Of a stretch of DNA of 64,000 nt, positions 46,567 to 57,130 are shown in pieces; the first letter of the stretch is position 1; each line of letters begins with the position of its first letter. Origin of the DNA: a virus. A program made the translations under genes and the position numbers. The DNA is taken from positions 25,237 to 89,236 of the IMG/VR virus record IMGVR_UViG_3300024339_000012; one strand, written 5' to 3'. The notes below the pieces were generated by a model. The model was given only the letters and a program-made list of their open reading frames with translations, had not been told where the DNA came from and searched no databases.

Positions 46567-48822
46567 ATGAACAGAAATCCCAAATTTGGCTCAAACATAT
46601 TACAATCGTTTGTAACCTTTATGAACGACACTGGCAATATACGCTTCGGTGTTGAAGGAACAAAGCTGTTTTATGAGGCTGGCGAAACAAAGGTTTACAT
46701 TACGAATGATGACGGTAATGTAACTGCTTCAGGAATAGCAGACCTTTCAGTAAGCACAGCAAAACTTGTTGATCTTGCAGTAACAGCTGCAAAATTAGGC
46801 ACTGATGCTGTCACAACATCAAAAATACTTAACGCAAACGTTACTGCAGAAAAATTAGCTGCATCACTTGATCTATCAGGTAAAACACTTAGTAACCTTG
46901 CAATAGAATCCGGAACCCCAGTTAATGCTGTCGCATCTGTAGGAACACTTACAGTATCTGGTGATATGCTTGAAGATGAAGAAATAGTAATCAATGGCAG
47001 AACATATACAGCATCTTCCGATGCAAGTTTCTCTGGTGATGTAAGAATTGACATTTCTGCAGGAGCAACCGCCGCAACAGGCACGATAACATTTGCAGGT
47101 ACTGTAGATGATGGAGAAGATGTAACAATTAATGGTAGAGTATATGAATTTGATACCGATGCATCCATATCAGGTGATGTAGCAGTGGACATATCAGCTG
47201 GAACTAAAGTTCAGGCTACCGGAACACTTACAATTGCCTCAACTGTCATTGACGGTGAAACTGTAACAATAGGTGACGAAACCTATGAATTTAACAGCGT
47301 TGGCGGTTATGGTGATGGAAATATAGAAGTTGATATATCTGGTAGTACAAAAACACAAGCCGTTGGAACACTTACATTAACAGGTGTATTTGTTGAAGGA
47401 GAATTCTTCAGAATAGGTAATGAAGTTTATGAGATAGATGCTAATGGGTCTGTTAGTGGTGGAAACATCGCTGTTGATGTATCAGCATTTATGACAGCTT
47501 CTCAGGGTACTCTTACTCTCGGTGGTGCAATACCATCAAATAATGAAGCCATTACTGTAGGATCACAAACATATACATGGAAAACAACCCTCACTGGTGC
47601 TGCTGACGAAATAAAAATAGGATCAACTGTAGATGACTGTATTGACAATTTCACTTATGCTATAAATGCAGGAATTGGAGAAGGCACATTATACGGAACT
47701 GGAACGACTGCAAATGCATTAGTAACTGCAGCGAAAACTGGTGGAACTACATCGGTACTTACTTCAATAATTTGGGGTACTGTAGGAGATGCAACTGCAA
47801 CTACTGAAACAATGGTAGATGGTGCAAATATATTTGATGCCGGAACTCTTGGAACTACAACTGCAGGTGTTGATTGTACTGCTGCAAATGCTGACGGAGT
47901 AATGATAACTGCTTTCACAAATGGTACAGCTCTTGCAATCACAGCCTCTCAAGGTGGTGGTACAACTGTAGTATTTACTGCAACTGCTGCAGGTGTACTT
48001 GATGGTTCTCCTGGTAATGCAATAATATCTGACGGAACTATGGCAAATGGTTCATTTGGTACTGCATATCTAATAGGCGGAACTGATGCAACTGCAAACG
48101 AAGCAAGTGCAGCTTTACATTCATCTTTCACAGCAAACTCAGCATTGGATATAACATCTACTGACGGAACAGGTTCTGTTGATTTTGATGCCGATGCCGC
48201 AGGTGCTTTAGATGGATCGCTTGGTAACGCTGTTGCAACTACTGAAGTAATGGCAAACGGTTCTTTTGCTCAAGTAACATTAACAGGAGCTTCAGATGCT
48301 ACGGCTAATGAGGCCGCTACAGCTTTAACTTCTGCAATTGTAGGAGATGGATCAAAAGAAGTTAATGGAGCAGATGGAACAGGGAATGTAGTTGTAACTG
48401 CAATAGAAGAAGGTACTGGTCCGAACTCATGGACTACTACAGAAACATGTGCCAATGGATCATGGGGTGCAGGTACATTAGGAAGTGGGTCTGATATTGG
48501 AGCAGCTGATGCCGTAACTGCAATAGCTTTAGCAATAACAAACGATGGAAGCGCTGAGGTTACAGCCGTTGATGGAGCTGCCGATACTGTTGTTATGACA
48601 GCAAAAATAAAGGGCACTTCTGGTGATGCTATAACCACTACAACTGATATGAGTAATGGAGCATTTGGTCAAGGTACTTTAGGAGATACTGTAGCAGGTG
48701 TTGACGGAACTGTTGGAACTGTAAGGAAAGTATTAGCCGATGCTACAAGTTTGTTTTATGCAACTGCTGCAAATACCATAGCTGATGCAAATTGGAAAAA
48801 AATAGACTGGACAAGTTTATAA
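46567..48822 (+). CDS. fibre/decoration protein with five nested repeat domains
   Basis: N-terminal VT.AKL fibre repeats; four half-domains, one whole domain, then four complementary half-domains. Confidence 0.7.
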   Translation: MNRNPKFGSNILQSFVTFMNDTGNIRFGVEGTKLFYEAGETKVYITNDDGNVTASGIADLSVSTAKLVDLAVTAAKLGTDAVTTSKILNANVTAEKLAASLDLSGKTLSNLAIESGTPVNAVASVGTLTVSGDMLEDEEIVINGRTYTASSDASFSGDVRIDISAGATAATGTITFAGTVDDGEDVTINGRVYEFDTDASISGDVAVDISAGTKVQATGTLTIASTVIDGETVTIGDETYEFNSVGGYGDGNIEVDISGSTKTQAVGTLTLTGVFVEGEFFRIGNEVYEIDANGSVSGGNIAVDVSAFMTASQGTLTLGGAIPSNNEAITVGSQTYTWKTTLTGAADEIKIGSTVDDCIDNFTYAINAGIGEGTLYGTGTTANALVTAAKTGGTTSVLTSIIWGTVGDATATTETMVDGANIFDAGTLGTTTAGVDCTAANADGVMITAFTNGTALAITASQGGGTTVVFTATAAGVLDGSPGNAIISDGTMANGSFGTAYLIGGTDATANEASAALHSSFTANSALDITSTDGTGSVDFDADAAGALDGSLGNAVATTEVMANGSFAQVTLTGASDATANEAATALTSAIVGDGSKEVNGADGTGNVVVTAIEEGTGPNSWTTTETCANGSWGAGTLGSGSDIGAADAVTAIALAITNDGSAEVTAVDGAADTVVMTAKIKGTSGDAITTTTDMSNGAFGQGTLGDTVAGVDGTVGTVRKVLADATSLFYATAANTIADANWKKIDWTSL

Positions 48823-48831
48823 TCTACTGAT

Positions 48832-49671
48832 ATGAAAATTGATAAAATTGTATATGACTTAAAGCATTTATTAAACGCCTTGACGGATGATACTCGTGTA
48901 AATGATGCTCACCTGATCTTCAAGATCAATAACTACTGGGCATTATTTTTAAAAGCCGATTATCAAGAGACTGGTAATATTTCTAAGAAGTATTATCAAA
49001 GGATTCCGTTAATTGATGTTCATGGTGTTTCAAGTGCTGATGATCCGAACGTATTAGGGGGCACCATTCGTTTTGGTAAATTTACAATGCCATCAATACT
49101 TGACCTTGGTGATGAAGAGCCCCCAGTTGATATATACACAGCGCAACGTCAGGAACGTTTGTATTTCATTGAAAGAGATCTTCTATTCGAATTGATCCGG
49201 AATAAAGATGAACGACTGGATGTATTCAAGTATTATTTCTATGAAGAGAATACTGCATATACATATCCTGTAGTTGATAGAGTATCATTCCTTGGACTCA
49301 TACAGAATCCTTTAGAAGCATCATTGTTTTACACTACACCTGAACCTTTGTATAATCTCGCAAATGGTATTCAGTATATCGTTACTCAGGGAAGTGTTAA
49401 ATGTGATACCGGTAGTAAGGAAAACATCTATTTAAAAGGCTACACGCTTAATGCTAATACGTCATACACATATTCTGGTGACGGAGTGCTTTATAGGACT
49501 AATCAAGTTATTGATGTTACAAACGATATGGAATATCCAATATCCCCTGATATGGCAGAACGCATTATTCTGGAAATACTTACTAAAGATTTCATGCTTG
49601 AGAAACAAACCATAGCAGATATCTTTAATGATTCGAAAGATCAGTTTCAAGCAATAAGAAGTGGTGGATGA
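48832..49671 (+). CDS. tail ring protein
   Basis: I..IVYD...DD......I...IN.Y.A; C-terminal EYPI..DM...I. Confidence 0.65.
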   Translation: MKIDKIVYDLKHLLNALTDDTRVNDAHLIFKINNYWALFLKADYQETGNISKKYYQRIPLIDVHGVSSADDPNVLGGTIRFGKFTMPSILDLGDEEPPVDIYTAQRQERLYFIERDLLFELIRNKDERLDVFKYYFYEENTAYTYPVVDRVSFLGLIQNPLEASLFYTTPEPLYNLANGIQYIVTQGSVKCDTGSKENIYLKGYTLNANTSYTYSGDGVLYRTNQVIDVTNDMEYPISPDMAERIILEILTKDFMLEKQTIADIFNDSKDQFQAIRSGG

Positions 49672-50087
49672 TAGGAAAAAAAGAAATAATCGACAATATT
49701 GAAAATTATCAGAACAATAAAATAACGAAAGTAATTAAGCATAGGGAAGAAAAAAAAGTATTTTCAACTGTAATCTATCTCTATATAAAGTATATGTTAG
49801 AAGCTCTGTTAAATGGACACCGTTGGCGAATACATAGATTTGGAACGTTTGAAATAATAAAAGAGAATATTGAGGGTGATAAATTGAAATTCACGCCTAA
49901 ATTTTATAAGGACAATGAAGTAAGAAGAAACACAAGAGTTATGAATCCAAAAACCATAGGTCTTGTGTTTTCTTTAAAATTGGAAAGTGAATTTCTCGAC
50001 AATAATAAATGCAGGTTTAAATCTGCAGACTGCTTTAGAAAAGCGATGAATAGAAAGTTGGTAGAAACAGGAAAAATAACAGTATAA
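49668..50087 (+). CDS. IHF/HU-like protein of the crAss tail module
   Basis: LLNG....I.RFGTF.I.K; typical position before the tail tubular and muzzle genes. Confidence 0.55.
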   Translation: MIGKKEIIDNIENYQNNKITKVIKHREEKKVFSTVIYLYIKYMLEALLNGHRWRIHRFGTFEIIKENIEGDKLKFTPKFYKDNEVRRNTRVMNPKTIGLVFSLKLESEFLDNNKCRFKSADCFRKAMNRKLVETGKITV

Positions 50088-50818
50088 TGGCAATAAATAA
50101 ATTAGTATCAATCGGAAACGCATTCAGTTTATTAGGTGAAGAAACTTCAGCTGATGTATTGAGAATGAAGCCTACGCTCGTGCGTTGGGGCAAATATGCT
50201 GAAAATAGGATAGGTAGCCTGTATTCATACGAAACTAATTACTATCTTCTTGATGTAGTTAATATGAAGGCCACATTACCATTAGCAGCTCACAGGTTAG
50301 ACGATATGATCATTGGTGATGTCTTAGATCAAACACCTCAGATATTCGATAGTATCCCGCCATCTTACAATGAAACGCCTGCAACCTATATGGGTGAACA
50401 GATCATATGGAAATGGTCAACACTTGACGATCAAAGCTATTACAACTGTTACAAACTAAACTGGTCAGTCCAGGATAATCAAATTGTATTCCAAAGTTCA
50501 TTCACAAATACCCAGATAACTGTCAAGATGCTTACCTACAAGACAGATGTTGACGGGTTGCCATTAGTTCCGGAAAATCACATTGAGGCTATTGCTTCTT
50601 TCTTAAAGGGTAAAATAGCCATGAAGGAACAGTGGAATAAGTTTAAAAGAGGTAAGCTTTCACATATGGATCTTGCTTATATCAATACTCTCAAAACAGA
50701 GTATGTTAATCAGGCCCGACTATCTTCAGCTGAGGATGACAATTATTCAGAAAATAGAGAATTAGAAGTAAGTGATATGATATCGAATCCATTTAATGGA
50801 GCATCAAATATATACTAA
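50087..50818 (+). CDS. tail tubular/ring protein
   Basis: A.LP...; Y....D.DGLPLVPE..EAI..F motif. Confidence 0.7.
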   Translation: MAINKLVSIGNAFSLLGEETSADVLRMKPTLVRWGKYAENRIGSLYSYETNYYLLDVVNMKATLPLAAHRLDDMIIGDVLDQTPQIFDSIPPSYNETPATYMGEQIIWKWSTLDDQSYYNCYKLNWSVQDNQIVFQSSFTNTQITVKMLTYKTDVDGLPLVPENHIEAIASFLKGKIAMKEQWNKFKRGKLSHMDLAYINTLKTEYVNQARLSSAEDDNYSENRELEVSDMISNPFNGASNIY

Positions 50819-53800
50819 TGAGAACTGAAAACACATTTGAAGGTGGAATGCATGTCGATAATGATTTCTCCGAACAGCCAAAAGGCACATACCGATTTAG
50901 TAAGAATGGATATGTATTCAGTATTGGTGAAAAGAATTTCATCTGGTCTCCTGCAATTGGTAATGTTCAGGTAGAAGATTATCCCTCTAATTACAAACCT
51001 ATTGGAATGTTTTCTGCTCGTGAAAAGATTATAGTATTGTCTGTTAACGAAGATGATGATTTAGGATCAATAGGTTGGCTATATCTTTTGAATGGTGTGT
51101 ATTTGTTTACATATGGATATGTAAGGCCAAATTCAGAATTAAATTTCTCAACATCTAATCCAATAAGAGGATATTCATATTACGAGAATAGCGAAACTGA
51201 ACGCATATACTGGTCAGATTCTGTACAAAAACCTAAGTCATTAAATATACCTGCTATTAATTTTGGAATGTCATATGTTTCTGGAAAAAAATATCTTGTA
51301 TTATTTGGTCAGGTAGAACATAACGGTTTTACATACTATGCTGGTGATGCTTTTGTCTATTGGACATACACAGGATTTAGCATGGTAGGTGATACTCGTA
51401 TTATAGAATACTTTGAACCAATAATACTTGATTGGAATCCAAACTTATTATTCGACAAAATAACAAGCGCGTCAGTTATAGACGGAACCCTTGATTGTGC
51501 AAGTTATGCCTTTACATATAGATTCCTTACTGAATTTGATAATGTAACCCCTTGGGCCCCTTTGTCTGAATTGTACACTATAATGTCACAGAATGGAACG
51601 ACTGAAGATCCTGATGACTTTCCAGCTATAAAGAATTGGAACTTTTTACAAGGAGCTCTCGATAAATTTAGTGAACGTGGATTACGCATTACTCTTGATG
51701 GAATACCTTTTGATAAATACCAATATGTTGAATTTGCTGCATTCAAGTATAAGAATGAAGTTGTTGACACAGGTGTAATATTTTCAAAAGTAGAAATTCC
51801 AAAAGTAAGACCCACTGAGTTATTAGGTGAATATTCAAATACAATAACAGCTGACATTATACAATATACAGGAGAATATTTAACATTAGAACAATACGCA
51901 ATACAATCCATAAGTCTGCTAAGTGTTAATGATCTCGACATTATTAAAGATATTCAATCGGTATCTGGTACTGAAGAAGAGGGTGACATAGGCATCGGTA
52001 ACAGCATGGACAATACAAATATAACAGAACCAGTCAGAACGTGTATATACGAAATTCCAGCAGATGTTTTAAATCATACTGATTATGATAATGATAAACC
52101 ACTTTCCGGAATATATGGATATGATTCTGAAGGATATGTTTCAAGTGGACAGATATTGAAAGGTCAATATTATAAAGTAAAGAAATTCGATCTGACATAT
52201 GAATCTACTCCTTATATCGTTGGAGATATATTTCTTGGAACAACATCAGCTACATTCATATCAGCACCTGGTTTCCCTGCAAAAGCAAAACCTGTTATTA
52301 GGATCTGCGAATACATTGATAATACTAATACACCTATATTTAAGTATATAGAAATGGATGATGCTCCATTACCAAAGGGCACACTTGCTACTCAATTTGC
52401 AGGATACTGGGGTAAAGAAATTTATCGGGTAGGAGTATTACCAATAAGCCTTACAGGTAAATTCTTGCCTGTCAGACATGTTTTAGATTATCAAGTTCCA
52501 GATCGTTCATTAACGAATGCTACAAGTGTAGATATGTTTAATGAAGATGGTAGTTTTACTTCTGTAATTAATTTATTAACATCCGGACCACACACAAGAT
52601 TATCTCCATCTTCAGATGAAGAAAAATATCAATACAATGTTAATATAGACTCACTACTTGTTTCTGTTGACTTAACTGATATAATTAATCAGATAAGTGG
52701 TTTCTGTATTGTAAGAGCTGTAAGAGATAAAGGTGTTATGTCCGAAGGCTTCATAGATCCTGTACATAAATTAAAGCATTACTATTATGATACTGCCCAA
52801 TCATCATACTTAGAAAGAAACAATTTCTACAGGTGCTCACATTTTAACATAAGAAATACACCATTTATCAGGCCATTGTGGACATCAAATGTTTTTATAG
52901 AAACACTATTAAAAAAGTATTACTATACAAATCCTGAAATCCAAATGAACAAAGAAACGTTTGAGGGTGGTGATACTATGCAATTAGTAAGAAAATATGG
53001 TGGTGATATAAAGAGGGATAACTCATATATAAGACAAACAGGTGAGCCATATGATACAATTCCATTTGGTGAAATAACTGCAACAAATAAAGAATTCTAT
53101 ACAAGATGTTTTAAGGCTTATAATGAACTGGTTTTAACTGAAAATAATACAGAAAGCGTCGACCTGAAAACATTGGATATTATAGATTCTGCAAAAGAAG
53201 ATTTTGATGTTGCTACCGAAGAGGATAACTTTTTCAACTATGCACCGGGAGATAATGTAAGACAAATTGGAGCTGGCAGTCTTCCGTTACTAATATGGCA
53301 AGATCCTGCATGTAAATCGGCACTTATAGAAATAGATTACAATAGGCAATGGTTTGTTGGATTTGAATCAGATGGCACCGACAAATTACCAGAAACAGTT
53401 TATGTAACCGAACATAAAAGAGGATCATCCGTTTATACTACTAATGACAATTTAGGAACAACTGAATATATTTTTACAGGACACTATCAAAAAGTTGATG
53501 CGGCTTTCAAAGCAGCTATCAAATATGGAGAGAATTATATTGCTAAGGATATTCAAATCTTTGGTGGTGATACTCATGTAAATTTATTTGGAATAGCACG
53601 CGTTATACCAGATGGAATGCATGTAAAAGTTGGTGATGAATTAGATGTTACCGTTAAATCATTTGGTGACTATGTTATAGTTCCATTACAATCAAGATAC
53701 AATTCCTCTTCTGTTATAGGAAGAAATGGAGCTCTTGATAACATAGGTGTTAAAGATGGTACGTCAATATGTGCAAATAAATTCAAACCATTTGAAACAG

Positions 53801-54957
53801 TAGGTAACACTGTTCCAAGATATTTCTCCTTAGAGCCTAACTACTTTGAAAGTAATGAATATACAGAAAAGGGATTTATTGATGATAACAAAATAAAATT
53901 TCCCGGATTAGCTCCATTTGCATCCACTAATAATATCTACTTGAATAGAATACGTCATTCAAGTAAAAAACAGGTTGGATTTGCAATAGATGAATTCTTA
54001 GACTTTCCAGCTTTAAATAAAATAGATATTCCCGGAGATAATGGATTAATAACCAATATTAGGGCAAAAGGATCAAGGTTATTTGTATGGCAGGAAAGTG
54101 CAATAGGTTACATTCCTGTTGGAGAAAGAGCTTTAACTTCTGGTGGATTAGAAGCCACTATTCAACTTGGTACCGGTGATCAGTTCTTACGGTATGATAT
54201 CATAAATGAAACATATGGTAATCAAGATAAATTAAGCTTGATTGAAACAGATGCTAACTGGTTCTGGTTCGACTTCTATAGGAAAACATTGCTAATGATG
54301 GAATTTAATGGACAATGGAAACCTGAGTCAGTTTTAAAAGGTATGGATTCTTATTTTCAGAATACATTACCTAATCGTGACAATATGGTTATCAGATCAG
54401 GATATGACCCAAAAGCAAAAGTGGTTCTGTTCTCATTCATTGATTTAATAGGATCTGCTACAAAAACCATATCGATCAATACTAAGAATGGTAAATTCAA
54501 TGGTGAGCATGAATTTGTTGCAGACTTGTATAGCAATACACTTAATGAACTATTTTCTGTAAAGAATGATTATGAACTTATCTACTTACATAATCAGGAT
54601 ACAGGTCTCATATACGGTAAATCTTATCAATGTCAGATAAGTTTTATTGTAAATCATCAAAACGATGAAATGAAAAAATTTATGTCTGCAATCTTCAGGG
54701 GTGGAAGAACGTTCTTTGATACTGTTAAGTATGAAACCATGTACGACTTTGATTCAGGTGTATTCCTAAATATTGTTGAAGAAGCTGGAAATACTACAAA
54801 TTACGAATTTGTTATTGACGAATGGAGAGCCGGCATACCAGAGGGTGATTATGGCAGAATGGATGGTCGATATATGTTAGTGACCTTGACAGTCGGCAGT
54901 ACTGATAGTAAACTTAGGTTAAGAAAAATGATAACTGAATACTTAAAACAACATTAA
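50818..54957 (+). CDS. tail muzzle / stabilisation protein (P22 gp10-like, crAss-type)
   Basis: NTF.GGM..D, LNF....PI, IYWSD....PK.LN, IFGGDT.V, G.ITNI, YG.Q, RM.GRY. Confidence 0.8.
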   Translation: MRTENTFEGGMHVDNDFSEQPKGTYRFSKNGYVFSIGEKNFIWSPAIGNVQVEDYPSNYKPIGMFSAREKIIVLSVNEDDDLGSIGWLYLLNGVYLFTYGYVRPNSELNFSTSNPIRGYSYYENSETERIYWSDSVQKPKSLNIPAINFGMSYVSGKKYLVLFGQVEHNGFTYYAGDAFVYWTYTGFSMVGDTRIIEYFEPIILDWNPNLLFDKITSASVIDGTLDCASYAFTYRFLTEFDNVTPWAPLSELYTIMSQNGTTEDPDDFPAIKNWNFLQGALDKFSERGLRITLDGIPFDKYQYVEFAAFKYKNEVVDTGVIFSKVEIPKVRPTELLGEYSNTITADIIQYTGEYLTLEQYAIQSISLLSVNDLDIIKDIQSVSGTEEEGDIGIGNSMDNTNITEPVRTCIYEIPADVLNHTDYDNDKPLSGIYGYDSEGYVSSGQILKGQYYKVKKFDLTYESTPYIVGDIFLGTTSATFISAPGFPAKAKPVIRICEYIDNTNTPIFKYIEMDDAPLPKGTLATQFAGYWGKEIYRVGVLPISLTGKFLPVRHVLDYQVPDRSLTNATSVDMFNEDGSFTSVINLLTSGPHTRLSPSSDEEKYQYNVNIDSLLVSVDLTDIINQISGFCIVRAVRDKGVMSEGFIDPVHKLKHYYYDTAQSSYLERNNFYRCSHFNIRNTPFIRPLWTSNVFIETLLKKYYYTNPEIQMNKETFEGGDTMQLVRKYGGDIKRDNSYIRQTGEPYDTIPFGEITATNKEFYTRCFKAYNELVLTENNTESVDLKTLDIIDSAKEDFDVATEEDNFFNYAPGDNVRQIGAGSLPLLIWQDPACKSALIEIDYNRQWFVGFESDGTDKLPETVYVTEHKRGSSVYTTNDNLGTTEYIFTGHYQKVDAAFKAAIKYGENYIAKDIQIFGGDTHVNLFGIARVIPDGMHVKVGDELDVTVKSFGDYVIVPLQSRYNSSSVIGRNGALDNIGVKDGTSICANKFKPFETVGNTVPRYFSLEPNYFESNEYTEKGFIDDNKIKFPGLAPFASTNNIYLNRIRHSSKKQVGFAIDEFLDFPALNKIDIPGDNGLITNIRAKGSRLFVWQESAIGYIPVGERALTSGGLEATIQLGTGDQFLRYDIINETYGNQDKLSLIETDANWFWFDFYRKTLLMMEFNGQWKPESVLKGMDSYFQNTLPNRDNMVIRSGYDPKAKVVLFSFIDLIGSATKTISINTKNGKFNGEHEFVADLYSNTLNELFSVKNDYELIYLHNQDTGLIYGKSYQCQISFIVNHQNDEMKKFMSAIFRGGRTFFDTVKYETMYDFDSGVFLNIVEEAGNTTNYEFVIDEWRAGIPEGDYGRMDGRYMLVTLTVGSTDSKLRLRKMITEYLKQH

Positions 54958-54959
54958 AG

Positions 54960-55598
54960 ATGGCAGCAGCAATAGCATTAGGAGTACTCCAAGCAGGTAT
55001 GAGTCTTTATCAGATGTACAAAGCATCTAAAGAAAAAGCTCCTCTCGAACAGGTAAATGATCCTGCCGATGATAGAACTGCAGCGAAATACGAAAGTATA
55101 TTCCGTAAACTTTCCGAAGAGCAATCGTCGAAAATACAACGATTAACAAATAGATCTATCCAATCTAATACAGCTAATCAAATAGCTACTACTAATAAAA
55201 TATTCCGTGATCCGTCAACAAGATTTAGGGCGAGTGTAATGGCATCATTACAGGCAAATGAAGCGAATATAAAGTCTGGTATAACATCAGATAGAACTAA
55301 GCTTGCGTATTTGGAAAAAGCAGCAAGCATGGGCATAAATCAACGCACTTATAATAGGCGCGTATGGAGTGACATGGCTGTTCAGAAGAGTCGTGAACAG
55401 GGCTTGTATAATGAACGTCAAGCTGCATCAGGTGAATTGTTAGGTGCAGGTATCCATAATGTAATGGGATCATTAGACCCTTCAATGCAAACCCCTGAAG
55501 GATACAAAATGTCGATAGAGGCTTATCGTCAAGCGAAAAAAGCTGGTGGTGATGACTTCCCGGACTATAAAGAATGGAAATATAAAAACTTTGGATAA
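54960..55598 (+). CDS. putative internal virion (cargo) protein
   Basis: A/Q-rich with an amphipathic N-terminus; follows the muzzle gene. Confidence 0.5.
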   Translation: MAAAIALGVLQAGMSLYQMYKASKEKAPLEQVNDPADDRTAAKYESIFRKLSEEQSSKIQRLTNRSIQSNTANQIATTNKIFRDPSTRFRASVMASLQANEANIKSGITSDRTKLAYLEKAASMGINQRTYNRRVWSDMAVQKSREQGLYNERQAASGELLGAGIHNVMGSLDPSMQTPEGYKMSIEAYRQAKKAGGDDFPDYKEWKYKNFG

Positions 55599-55609
55599 TA
55601 ATATAAGAT

Positions 55610-57115
55610 ATGGCTTTTTTAGATTTTGGCTTCGGAAGAGGCGCAGCACATAAAGTTGATTTCAATGCCCGCTATAACAGGGAAAGACAGACTTATCAGG
55701 ATCAGTTATCTGAAAAGCGTTATAAAGATGAACAGCAACATAGAGAAGAACGCGAAAAGTTAAATGATGATCTTAAGCAAGAACAGATAAATTGGGATCG
55801 CAATTGGCAAATAAAACAAGATGCCAGAGATCAGGCTGAAACATATGTTCCCCCACAATATGCTACATTATACCAGGCAAAGAGAGCTGAATATTCAGAC
55901 CCCTTACTTACTGAAATAGGCGATCTTGAAACGTCACCAGACTTACATACAAGTCCTGAAAAGATAAAACGACTAAATGAGCTACAAAGAAAAGTCATAA
56001 GTATGCCCGGTGAAGAAGGATACCGTAGTGCTGTTGATGACTATGACCAAATGGTAAAAGATCATGATAGCGGTAAAATAGATGATGATGAATTCGAAAA
56101 AGAAGTTGCTGAATGGGAAAAGTACAACAATCAGACTGGGGAGATAACAGAACATTACTCATATATTCCAAAACCTGAATTCGTTGTTACCAATCAAATA
56201 AACTCTTACTTGGAAGGTAATCAAGCTACTGTAACTTATGATGATGATGGAAGAGGTTATTATTCATTCGACCCTGCTACGTTAAGCACAATGTCAAAGA
56301 ACTTCTACAATACTAATCAGAAGGATGTGGATACTCAATTTGCAGGCTTAGGAGCTCCGGGAATGAAGGAATATAATAATGATCCTGAAGCATGGATACG
56401 TTCACTAATGAAAGCAAACTTAGGTGTAGGTAAACAAACTAAACCTAATAAAGTTCCTGCCGTTAAAGATCCTTATTTTACAAAAAATACAACTGATCCA
56501 AATTCACCTTTTATGAAAAACATCGTTCATAACAAAGGTGGTCATGATCCCGGTATTAGAAACTTCATTCCAGTAACTATTGACGGTAACATAAGAAAAT
56601 TACAAAATGCTCAGAAAGTACGCTTTGGTGCAGATGTTGACGGAACTATGAATACTACAGGAAGTTTGAATTTACCTGAAGGAATGAATGTATTCATAAC
56701 AAATCATGGATACACAAATATGGGAGAATGGCAAACTTTTAAAGATGGTCATAAATATGCAAAAGTTCAGATGTACATTAAAGCATCTGATGTCAAATCT
56801 CAAACTGAGCTTAAAGAAAATCCCACTTATTTGCTATTACCTAATACATGGTATAATGATGAAGATATTAATGCTGTCAAAGATGAAATGTCAAAAAATG
56901 GAATACCATATAAAGAACAGAAAAGTGGTTTAACTGATGCAGATACTAAAGAAGTGGCTACTTCAATAGTAGTATTTGAAGGTTGGATACCAATGCAACT
57001 ATCAGATAGTAAGAAACAAGCTGAATATAATAAATCAAGTATAGAATACGATCCTATCAATCCAACTGGTTCAACTGGTAATGCAAATGATCCTGGTAAT
57101 CTTTTTCCACAATAA
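55610..57115 (+). CDS. putative internal virion (cargo) protein
   Basis: 501 aa, helical charged N-half; assigned by position. Confidence 0.5.
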   Translation: MAFLDFGFGRGAAHKVDFNARYNRERQTYQDQLSEKRYKDEQQHREEREKLNDDLKQEQINWDRNWQIKQDARDQAETYVPPQYATLYQAKRAEYSDPLLTEIGDLETSPDLHTSPEKIKRLNELQRKVISMPGEEGYRSAVDDYDQMVKDHDSGKIDDDEFEKEVAEWEKYNNQTGEITEHYSYIPKPEFVVTNQINSYLEGNQATVTYDDDGRGYYSFDPATLSTMSKNFYNTNQKDVDTQFAGLGAPGMKEYNNDPEAWIRSLMKANLGVGKQTKPNKVPAVKDPYFTKNTTDPNSPFMKNIVHNKGGHDPGIRNFIPVTIDGNIRKLQNAQKVRFGADVDGTMNTTGSLNLPEGMNVFITNHGYTNMGEWQTFKDGHKYAKVQMYIKASDVKSQTELKENPTYLLLPNTWYNDEDINAVKDEMSKNGIPYKEQKSGLTDADTKEVATSIVVFEGWIPMQLSDSKKQAEYNKSSIEYDPINPTGSTGNANDPGNLFPQ

Positions 57116-57130
57116 CAATAATCAATAGCC

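Noticed and set aside
46695-48638. Antisense ORFs inside the nested-domain gene, and similar shadow ORFs across the window (e.g. 40805-41188, 61597-62085)
   Set aside because: They are by-products of biased codon usage on the coding strand, with no start context or motifs.
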